Source: Sulfurovum sp. (GTDB taxonomy: Bacteria; Campylobacterota; Campylobacteria; Campylobacterales; Sulfurovaceae). Taken from it: DNA of 55,759 bases. Below the pieces are notes generated by a model. It was not told the origin of the DNA. It saw only the letters and a program-made list of their open reading frames with translations, and ran no database searches. The stretch covers positions 1-55,759 of the forward strand of contig JASFZJ010000045.1 of NCBI GenBank assembly GCA_045267865.1, in the 5' to 3' direction. Both the position numbers and the translations under genes were made by a program. This document shows positions 47,726-55,759 of this stretch, piece by piece. Numbering within the stretch: the first letter of the stretch is position 1; each line of letters starts with the position of its first letter.

Positions 47726-50700
47726 TGATAAGAGGTTTTATAAAGTTTGCTGTAGATAAGCCAATCATCAACCATATTTTGATGATTTTTATGCTGGTAC
47801 TTTCAGTTTTTGCATACAAGAATATCGCAAAAGAGATATTTCCACCATCGACCCTTGATATGGTTACTATTCAAGGTGGTTATATAGGGACAAGTAGTGA
47901 TGTTCTTGATAAGATGGTAGTTACAAATATAGAGGATGCTTTAAAGAGTTTATCAGAGATAGATACTATCTATACTACTATCCAAAATGGTAGCTTTACT
48001 ATCCAAGCAGATATAAAGACAGGTGATGAGAAACAGTTGGTATTGGCTGATGTCAAGGATATAATATCTAAGACAAGACGAGATTTACCCTCTGATATGG
48101 ATGAACCTCTAGCACGAATACAAGAGGTAAATTATCCTCTACTTCTTGTAGCCGTCTCAGGTGATGTGAGTAAAAAAGAGCTTATTAATGCAGGAGATGC
48201 CCTTAAAAGTAGATTATCTCTTATAGATGATTTGAGTAGTATTGATTTGCGAGGGGATACTGATGATGAGGTAGTAATAACTATCAATCAAAAGAAGATA
48301 GAGGCTTATGGACTTGATAAAAGTTCAGTTTATAGAGCTATATCTAATATATCTAGTATATTCCCAGCAGGGACACTAGATGGTCAAGGTGACCACCTCT
48401 ATATCTCTACTATAAATGGTGAAAAAGACTCTAAAGCCCTAGAAGATGTTATTATATCTGTAGGCTCTAAAAGATTTCGCCTCAAAGATATAGCAGATGT
48501 ATATTATGGGCTAGGTGACCCTATGCAAATCTCACACTACAATAGCAAACAGAATATCTCACTTAATATCAACAAAAGTAAACAAGGAAACGCTATAGCC
48601 CTAAGTAAGGAGATAAGAACCGTCCTCAAAGAGTTTAGCCAAAAATATGATAATATCAATTTTAAGATATATACAGACACCTCTATTTGGATTAAAAATC
48701 GTCTTAACTTAGTCTCTTCAAATATTTTATTTGGGCTTATTTTGGTATTTATAGCACTCTTTCTATCTGTAAATATGCGTATTGCTACAGTTGTGGCTAT
48801 TGGAATACCTGCTAGTTTTATGATTACGCTTATCGCTATGAATATGATAGGGTATAGTCTTAATATGCTTACACTTCTAGGGGCTTTGATTGCATTGGGA
48901 ATGCTTGTAGATGAGGCTATCGTTGTGGCTGAAAACATATATAGACACATGGAGATGGGAAAAACTCCAAGGAATGCTGCGATTGATGGGGCTGTGGAGA
49001 TGTTTCCAGCAGTTTTAACGGCTACTTTAACAACTGTATTTGCATTTTTACCTCTTCTAATTATGAGTGGAAAGATGGGTATGTTTATGAAGGTCTTGCC
49101 TGTTATGATTTCGGTTCTGCTTATTAGCTCACTCTTTGAAGCATTTTATTTCTTGCCTCTTCACGCCAAAGAGCTATTTACTATGGGTAAGTTCCAAAAA
49201 GAGAAGCACAAAGATAGCTTTTGGAATATATGGATACCGTTATATAAACGAATAATAGGCAGATTACTCTTGTATAAAAAACTCTCTCTATTTTTTATCA
49301 CCTCGTTTATTATATTTGGTACGATTGGTATGTTTAGCATAACTAAGTTTCAGCTTTTCCCAGAGTTTGATGCCCAACAAGTTTTTCTAAATGGTAAGAT
49401 AGATATAAACAATAAGCTAGAAGAGACTGAGGTTTATGTAACACAGATAGAAGCAGAACTACTAAAGATATTGAAAAAAGAGAATATGGACTCTGTAACA
49501 TCTGTAATCGGTATCAAGATGAAAAATGACAATACATTTGAACTAGGAGAGAACTTATTTCAGATATTTATAAATCTGCACGAAAAAGCTCCTGAGAACT
49601 ACTTTGATAAATATATAAATCCTATATTTTCATTAGAGTATGATGGTAGTGATATGATACGACATAAATCTTCACAAAAAATAGCCAAAGAGATAGAATT
49701 GACGATAGTAAAAAGACTCAAAGAGGTAGAGATAAATGGTGCTAAACTCTATGAAGAGCTTAATGTTTATGTACAGCAAGCAGGAATTGTAACTAATGAT
49801 ATAGATATAGGATTTACTCACCCCAATAAAGAAAAAATGCTTGATGCTCTCCACCGAGTTCAAGAGAAGCTAGAGAGTATAGAGGGTGTGGCAGATATAG
49901 GAAATAATGCCAATAATGGAGAGAGAGAGCTTAAACTTCATGTCAATAATTATGGGCAACAGTTGGGCTTTAGTGAGGGATATATTACCTCTATTCTTAG
50001 AGGTGCATTTTTGAAGTCTGAATATGCAAAAATGTTTAATAAAGATGGACTCGTACGGGTTAAGATAGAAGATATCTACAAACAAGATGCTTCTGCAATA
50101 GGAGACTTCAAGCTTACCACTCCTGATGGGCAACAAGTAGTCAAACTCTCTCAAATTTGTGATTTTGGATATCAAAAAAGCTTTGTGAAGATATTTAAAG
50201 AAGATGGTGGTAAAGTTCGCTCACTTTTTGCTAGAGTAGAGAAAAAGGTAATTACGCCTGTTGATGTGATGAAAATGGTACAGCCACTCCTTGATGAACT
50301 CAAAAAAGATGGTATTAAAATTATTATCAAAGGGGAACAAAAAGAGAATAATAAACTCAAAAAAGAGATGACAGAAGCACTTTTTATAGCTATATTCCTT
50401 ATTTTTATAGCTCTTGTATGGATGTTTAACTCTCTTATTTTACCTCTAATTATATTATCTACTATTCCTCTCTCTCTTTTTGGTGCATTAGTAGGTGCAA
50501 AACTTATGGGTATTCACCTTAGTATGCCAGGGGTGATGGGGATAATTGGACTAGCAGGAGTTGTGGTCAATGATGGACTTATTATGCTTGATTTCGTCAA
50601 AGGAAGTAAAAATTATGCCCAGATACAAGAGAAAGCAGGAATGCGTCTGCGTCCGATACTTCTCACCTCTATTACTACTATTTTGGGTCTCTCGTCATTG

Positions 50701-50850
50701 ATGTTTTTTGCATCAGGTCAAGCTCTAATACTCCAACCTATGGCTGTAAGTCTAGGATTTGGTGTGGCGTGGGCAACTATCCTCAATCTCTATTATGTAC
50801 CACTAATGTATGCTGTTATATATAGAGTACCAAAAGGATTAAGAGATTAA
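47725..50850 (+). CDS. RND efflux permease (AcrB/AcrD/AcrF family)
   Basis: GMLVDEAIVVAENI, GVVVNDG and RLRPILLTS; 1041 aa. Confidence 0.95.
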   Translation: MIRGFIKFAVDKPIINHILMIFMLVLSVFAYKNIAKEIFPPSTLDMVTIQGGYIGTSSDVLDKMVVTNIEDALKSLSEIDTIYTTIQNGSFTIQADIKTGDEKQLVLADVKDIISKTRRDLPSDMDEPLARIQEVNYPLLLVAVSGDVSKKELINAGDALKSRLSLIDDLSSIDLRGDTDDEVVITINQKKIEAYGLDKSSVYRAISNISSIFPAGTLDGQGDHLYISTINGEKDSKALEDVIISVGSKRFRLKDIADVYYGLGDPMQISHYNSKQNISLNINKSKQGNAIALSKEIRTVLKEFSQKYDNINFKIYTDTSIWIKNRLNLVSSNILFGLILVFIALFLSVNMRIATVVAIGIPASFMITLIAMNMIGYSLNMLTLLGALIALGMLVDEAIVVAENIYRHMEMGKTPRNAAIDGAVEMFPAVLTATLTTVFAFLPLLIMSGKMGMFMKVLPVMISVLLISSLFEAFYFLPLHAKELFTMGKFQKEKHKDSFWNIWIPLYKRIIGRLLLYKKLSLFFITSFIIFGTIGMFSITKFQLFPEFDAQQVFLNGKIDINNKLEETEVYVTQIEAELLKILKKENMDSVTSVIGIKMKNDNTFELGENLFQIFINLHEKAPENYFDKYINPIFSLEYDGSDMIRHKSSQKIAKEIELTIVKRLKEVEINGAKLYEELNVYVQQAGIVTNDIDIGFTHPNKEKMLDALHRVQEKLESIEGVADIGNNANNGERELKLHVNNYGQQLGFSEGYITSILRGAFLKSEYAKMFNKDGLVRVKIEDIYKQDASAIGDFKLTTPDGQQVVKLSQICDFGYQKSFVKIFKEDGGKVRSLFARVEKKVITPVDVMKMVQPLLDELKKDGIKIIIKGEQKENNKLKKEMTEALFIAIFLIFIALVWMFNSLILPLIILSTIPLSLFGALVGAKLMGIHLSMPGVMGIIGLAGVVVNDGLIMLDFVKGSKNYAQIQEKAGMRLRPILLTSITTILGLSSLMFFASGQALILQPMAVSLGFGVAWATILNLYYVPLMYAVIYRVPKGLRD

Positions 50851-51050
50851 TATCCAAAGAACTTTATCGTGATTTTATTATCTTTAGGCTACATCTATAT
50901 GATGAACTTGGGTTAATAGGATTACTTAGGATATTTTACTTAAAAATTTCTTAATTCTGATTTTAGTGTTTTAAGGTTGCACCCTATTACTATTGAGCTG
51001 TTGAGTGGGTAGTATTATTTTTGTTAGGTTCTTAACTCTATTTATATCTT

Positions 51051-51461
51051 CTAACCCACCAAATAAATCACCACACCATAACGAAACCCTTTGGCAATAA
51101 AAACTATCAAAACAAAAAGCCTAAAATTATACTTCAAAACTCCTGCTATAAATGTAAGTGGGTCTCCAACTATTGGCATCCATGAGAGTAGAAGTGTCCA
51201 CCCTCCGTATCTGTCAAAAAACCCTCTTGCATTTTGCATTTTTTTAGGAGTGAGATAACCTTTTTGTTCGAGATACTCTTCACCTCTATAGCCTATTATA
51301 TAATTTAAAATAGACCCTAAACTATTACCCAAAGTAGCTACTATCCATAAAATATATATTGAGTAGTTTTGAGATATATCATAGATTAAAAGTGCTTCAC
51401 TTCCTAGAGGTAGAAGCGTAGCAGAGAGAAAAGCTACTACAAAAAGTGATAGATAGACCAT
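51051..51461 (-). CDS. YqaA/DedA-family membrane protein
   Basis: SATLLPLGSE and LLSWMPIVGDP. Confidence 0.92.
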   Translation of the reverse strand: MVYLSLFVVAFLSATLLPLGSEALLIYDISQNYSIYILWIVATLGNSLGSILNYIIGYRGEEYLEQKGYLTPKKMQNARGFFDRYGGWTLLLSWMPIVGDPLTFIAGVLKYNFRLFVLIVFIAKGFRYGVVIYLVG

Positions 51462-52153
51462 TAGAGTTTTTTAAATACCATTTTACTATTCTCTATCACT
51501 CCTACCTCTTTTTGACATGCTAAAGATGGAAGAGATATATAGTTATCTATAGTTTTGGCTTGATGAAAATGTCCTTCTATTACTATATCTATACCTTTAT
51601 AGTATCTCATAATTTTTGCTACTCTCTTCTCGAACCCATCAAAACTATGGCATATTTTCTTTTTGGATAGTTTTTTCATAAGATAATCCACGATAAATTT
51701 TTCTAATGGTTTGAGTAGTTTAATCACAAGCTTATCTCTTGATACTTTGGCATAGAGATTATACATCCAATCTATAGCATATTTATCTCCATGAGAGAGA
51801 GCTACTTTTTGGTTATTGAGTTTAAATATTATTGGTTGAGCATCTCTACTATAAACATTTATATTTGGAAAAATACTTGAAAGTAAAAAATCGTGATTAC
51901 CTTCGATATAGTGTATCTCTAGCTTTTGTGAGAGTTGTTGCAAAATAATTATCGCATCTTTGGAAAACTCTTCTAAATACGCATTATTCGCATAACCACA
52001 AAGCAAATCAAAATTATCACCCATCAGAAAGAGTTGAGGAGTTTGTATCTCTCCTCTTTCTATCCGTTGAAGAATATCCAAAAACTCTTGACCGTGGTGA
52101 GGGTAGTGAGAATCTGCGATAAATATTGCTTCCTCTCTTATCTCTTGTATCAT
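51461..52153 (-). CDS. lpxH: UDP-2,3-diacylglucosamine diphosphatase
   Basis: ADSH, GDNFD, EGNHD, HGD and GHFH metallophosphoesterase motifs. Confidence 0.82.
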   Translation of the reverse strand: MIQEIREEAIFIADSHYPHHGQEFLDILQRIERGEIQTPQLFLMGDNFDLLCGYANNAYLEEFSKDAIIILQQLSQKLEIHYIEGNHDFLLSSIFPNINVYSRDAQPIIFKLNNQKVALSHGDKYAIDWMYNLYAKVSRDKLVIKLLKPLEKFIVDYLMKKLSKKKICHSFDGFEKRVAKIMRYYKGIDIVIEGHFHQAKTIDNYISLPSLACQKEVGVIENSKMVFKKL

Positions 52154-52162
52154 ATTTACTCT

Positions 52163-53179
52163 CTATGGCATATAAGAGATAGTTGGTATTCCCATCCCCT
52201 CATCATATCCACACATTAAGTTGGCACACACAAGAGCTTGTGAACTAGCACCCCTTAGAAGGTTATCTATAGCTGAACTTACAAAAAGTCCATTTTCATT
52301 TTTCATAGCAAAAATATCGCAAAAGTGCGTCCCTGCTGTGCTTTTTATATCTACAGGCTTCTCTCGTATTCGTATAAATTTATCATTTTTATAGTGATTT
52401 TTAAGTATCTCTATTGGGTCTATATCTTCTTTCAAAGTAGCATATATAGATACAAGCTCACCTCTAGTAGCAGGGATAAGATGAGGTACAAAATTGACAT
52501 TTATATCCACTCCGTGTATCTTTTGTATCTTCTCTCTTATCTCTGGGGCATGACGATGTTTGAGAGGGCTATAGGCAAACATATTATCATTAACATGTAC
52601 AAAGTGAGCCACCTCACTTAGCTTCTTCCCTGCTCCACTTACACCTGATTTGGCATCTACAAAAAGAGGTGCTTTCTCATCAATATAAGGGATAAAAGGC
52701 AAAATTCCTAGAAGTGTGGCAGTGGGATAACACCCAGGTCCTGCTGAGATATTTGTCTTTTTTATCTCATCTCTATAATACTCTATCAATCCATATACAG
52801 AACTATCTATATGTTCTGCATCTGTATGAGGGCAATAATGTTGCTCATAAGTATCCAAATCAAGACGATAATCAGCAGATAAATCTACCACTTTCACACC
52901 TCTATTAAGAAGACCTTTTGCAAATCCCATAGATGCTTTGTGAGGAAGTGCCAAAAATACCAAATCACAACTCTTGGCTATAGACTCTTCATTAGCTTTC
53001 TCTACTGGTAGTGAGATAACATTTACAAGAGAGGGGTGAAGCTCTTCTACTCTAATATTACCCTCCGTTGTAGCCAAATAGCTAATCTCAAATCCATTAT
53101 GATTTATCAACATCTTGATAAGCTCTAACCCTGTATATCCACTCGCTCCTACTATCCCTACTTTTATCATTTGCATCAT
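52163..53179 (-). CDS. argC: N-acetyl-gamma-glutamyl-phosphate reductase
   Basis: GASGYTG, PGCYPT, SGVSGAG and DNLLRGA. Confidence 0.97.
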   Translation of the reverse strand: MMQMIKVGIVGASGYTGLELIKMLINHNGFEISYLATTEGNIRVEELHPSLVNVISLPVEKANEESIAKSCDLVFLALPHKASMGFAKGLLNRGVKVVDLSADYRLDLDTYEQHYCPHTDAEHIDSSVYGLIEYYRDEIKKTNISAGPGCYPTATLLGILPFIPYIDEKAPLFVDAKSGVSGAGKKLSEVAHFVHVNDNMFAYSPLKHRHAPEIREKIQKIHGVDINVNFVPHLIPATRGELVSIYATLKEDIDPIEILKNHYKNDKFIRIREKPVDIKSTAGTHFCDIFAMKNENGLFVSSAIDNLLRGASSQALVCANLMCGYDEGMGIPTISYMP

Positions 53180-53189
53180 CTCTTGCCTC

Positions 53190-53678
53190 TTAATCTAATA
53201 TAATCTCTTTATAATATACAGCTTCTATATCATATTTCTTCTTTCCACTAGGCAAAACGAGAGATACTTCATCTCCCTCCTCTTTGCCTATCAATATTCT
53301 TGCCATTGGTGACTGAATAGAGATTAGTCCTTTGGACGGATTAGACTCTTGTCCACCTACTATAGTATAACAAATCTCTTTATCACTATCTTGGTCTATC
53401 AAATCTACGGTTGAGCCAAAGCTAATCCTCTGATGAGCTGAATTAGCAGGTTCTACCACTTGAGCTCTACCTACTACATCAGTAAGCTCTGTAATACGAG
53501 CCTCCATAAGTCCTTGTCTCTCTTTGGCTGCGTGGTATTCTGCGTTTTCTTTGAGGTCACCCTGTGCGCGTGCCTCATCTATAATCTCGGCGATAGCATT
53601 TCTCTCTACAGATTTCAAATTCTCTAACTCTGATGATAGTCTTACATAAGTGGTATTTAACATTGGCTCTTTTTGCAC
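53190..53678 (-). CDS. greA: Transcription elongation factor GreA
   Basis: GDLKENAEY and SPMARILIG. Start moved to GTG 53678 (AAGGA RBS). Confidence 0.96.
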   Translation of the reverse strand: MQKEPMLNTTYVRLSSELENLKSVERNAIAEIIDEARAQGDLKENAEYHAAKERQGLMEARITELTDVVGRAQVVEPANSAHQRISFGSTVDLIDQDSDKEICYTIVGGQESNPSKGLISIQSPMARILIGKEEGDEVSLVLPSGKKKYDIEAVYYKEIILD

Positions 53679-53802
53679 TATAAATCCTTTTGGGTATTCA
53701 ATATAATAATTAAGAGACATTATACCAAAGCTTATTTGATTATACTCAATAACTTTGATTATAACTTATGTTAAAATTTCATTTTTACTCAAAAGGAGAA
53801 AA

Positions 53803-54576
53803 ATGAAAGAGATATTAGTAACTAATGATGATGGTTTTGATTCCCAAGGACTTATAGAATTGATAGAAGCATTAAGACCTCTTGGAAATGTAACAGTAGT
53901 AGCACCTACAACAGAGAAGTCTGCTTGTGGACACTCTCTTACTCTCACCAAACCTTTACGATTTATAGAAGTAGAAAAAAATTTCTATAAGCTTGATGAT
54001 GGCACACCTAGTGATTGTGTATTTTTGGCTCTTACTAAAATATATAGCACCAAACCTGATATTGTAATCTCTGGGATTAATAGAGGCTCTAATATGGGTG
54101 AAGATATAACATATTCAGGTACTGCTGCTGCGTGTATGGAGGCAGTGCTTCAAGGTATCCCTGCTATTGCTATATCTCAGGTACACAATGGAGGTGGAGA
54201 GAGTATAGAGAAGTTTGGATATGAGTTAGCCACCAAAAGTATAGTGGAATTGGTACAAAAAATATTTAATGACTCTTTTCCTCTACCCAAACGAAAATTT
54301 CTAAATGTAAATATTCCTCCTATCCCACAAGAGGAGTGCAGAGGATTTAAGATAACAAGAGCAGGAAGTAAATACTATAATTGCCATGCTGAGGTTCATC
54401 ATAATCCTAGAGGTTTGGAATATTATTGGATAGGACTACCCAAATTAGAGTGGATACCCACCAAAGGGCATATTACAGATTTTCAAGCTATAAATAATGA
54501 ATGTGTCTCAATCACACCAATACACCTAGATATGACATCCCATGATGATATAAAAGTCCTAGAAGAGTGGTTATGA
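53803..54576 (+). CDS. surE: 5'/3'-nucleotidase SurE
   Basis: LVTNDDG, GTPSDC, SGIN and YSGT. Start at ATG 53803 (AGGAG RBS). Confidence 0.97.
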   Translation: MKEILVTNDDGFDSQGLIELIEALRPLGNVTVVAPTTEKSACGHSLTLTKPLRFIEVEKNFYKLDDGTPSDCVFLALTKIYSTKPDIVISGINRGSNMGEDITYSGTAAACMEAVLQGIPAIAISQVHNGGGESIEKFGYELATKSIVELVQKIFNDSFPLPKRKFLNVNIPPIPQEECRGFKITRAGSKYYNCHAEVHHNPRGLEYYWIGLPKLEWIPTKGHITDFQAINNECVSITPIHLDMTSHDDIKVLEEWL

Positions 54577-55208
54577 GATTTGAAAGATGTAAAATGCTCT
54601 TTGGTGAAGATGATTTCTTAAAATTACAAAAGAGTAAAATATTGATATTAGGTATAGGAGGAGTAGGCTCTTATGCACTAGATTGTCTGTACCGTTCAGG
54701 AGTGAGTGACATTACAATAGTTGATTATGATACTTATGATGAGACCAATCAAAATAGGCAGATAGGTTCAGAAAATATAGGTGAGAGTAAGGTACAAACC
54801 CTAGCCAAACTATACCCCTCAATACAATATATAGAGCAACGCATGAATATGCAGTGGGTGGCAGATTTTGATTTTTCACCTTATGATATAGTGATAGATT
54901 CAGCAGATACCACCAAAGTCAAGCTAGAAGTAGCCAAAAAATGCTACAAAAAACTAATAATGTCCGTAGGCTCTGCAAAACGATACGATGCTACCAAAAT
55001 AGAAGTAGCATCTATATGGAAAACTCATGGTGATGCACTAGCAAGAAAAATAAGAAATGAACTCAAAAAAGCCAAATTTGATAGAAACTTCACAGTAGTA
55101 TTCTCACACGAAGAAGACAGATGCAAAGAGAAAGGCTCATGCGTAGCTGTTACAGGTGCATTTGGCTTAACTATATGTTCTGAGGTTATTAAGAGGATTT
55201 TGAGGTAA
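54573..55208 (+). CDS. tcdA: tRNA threonylcarbamoyladenosine dehydratase (ThiF family)
   Basis: GIGGVG, TNQNRQ, DALARKIR and VTGAFG; ATGA overlap with surE. Confidence 0.8.
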   Translation: MRFERCKMLFGEDDFLKLQKSKILILGIGGVGSYALDCLYRSGVSDITIVDYDTYDETNQNRQIGSENIGESKVQTLAKLYPSIQYIEQRMNMQWVADFDFSPYDIVIDSADTTKVKLEVAKKCYKKLIMSVGSAKRYDATKIEVASIWKTHGDALARKIRNELKKAKFDRNFTVVFSHEEDRCKEKGSCVAVTGAFGLTICSEVIKRILR

Positions 55209-55217
55209 AGAAATATT

Positions 55218-55665
55218 GGTTCCTTCTAAAAAACAATGGGTAACTCTCCACCTAAATTTCCTTAAACTTAACATTAACTAAACTAAAATCTAATTTTCCT
55301 GTTATTAAATATACAATATTCTTATAATTCCTAAATGTCTTATATCCTCTAGCTTTTGACTTGGTAGCTTGTATAATAGAATTTAATCCTTCTAAAATGC
55401 CATTATTTATTTTATTGTTATACCAGCTAACTATACCATCCCAATGTCTCTTAATCATATATGCAACTTCCTTGATTGGTTCTAGTCGACTATGAGTTGC
55501 CCAGAAATACCATTTGTTTAAATAAGTTGTAAATTCATCTTCTGATGTGGCCTTATAAATATCTTGAAATGCTGTCTTTATATTGTAAGCCCTGACCGTT
55601 TTTAAATTCATATTTGGCATAGTAAGTTCTTCTAATTTTTCTTTTTGTTTTTTAGTTAGATTATC
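55218..55665 (-). mobile_element. ISL3-family transposase 3' remnant with probable right end
   Basis: W..WATHSRLEP, HWDGI and NNGILEGLNSIIQATKSKARGYKTF (stop at 55252). Candidate IR starts GGTTCC at 55218. Interrupted at 55666 by IS1. Confidence 0.85.
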
Positions 55666-55759
55666 GGTAATGTACCAATTCCGTTGATAAAACAAGTCTA
55701 AGGAAGCTTTAAAGAAAAAAGGTGTTTAATTACAGAAAAGAGATGAAAATAGAAATAGA
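55666..55759 (+). mobile_element. Left end of a second IS1-family copy (runs off the window)
   Basis: GGTAATGTACCAATTCCGTTGATAAAACAAGTCTAAGG is identical to the reverse complement of the 5386 end. InsA ATG at 55743 (MKIEI). Confidence 0.92.

Noticed and set aside
50971-50990. TAAGGTTGCACCCTAT as another REP arm
   Set aside because: Only a half-site without a complementary arm or exact CTAC foot; too weak to call.

Overview
This AT-rich window looks like a Campylobacterota (epsilonproteobacterial) chromosome, probably Sulfurovum-like. That call rests on gene content, gene order and the separate rpoB/rpoC genes, not on a database search. The core is ordinary: prfA-rpsT, a tRNA-Thr/Tyr/Gly/Thr cluster, tuf-rpmG-tRNA-Trp-secE-nusG-rplKAJL-rpoBC, then tlpA-like, 5-FCL, rny, waaA, nif3, bioF, PBP1A, glnA, rsmH, RND, lpxH, argC, greA, surE and tcdA. 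The first ~15 kb and the right edge are accessory. They hold a 5'-truncated group II intron 3' end, an unannotated 50-aa gene coupled to a GNAT gene (TA-like), and a TetR/ABC1-kinase/DUF4153 operon truncated by a decayed IS1. They also hold a heme-c HD-GYP sensor, a porin with a pho-box-like repeat, and a second IS1 copy nested in an ISL3 remnant. The best candidate for an undescribed system is a very AT-rich three-gene cassette at 12971-14638: a TIGR04255-like protein, a small acidic protein and a PemK/MazF-like protein. It may be a tripartite toxin-antitoxin or anti-phage module. Several families of small palindromic elements are scattered between genes, including a covarying pair of 30-nt hairpins. 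All product calls come from motif recognition by eye.
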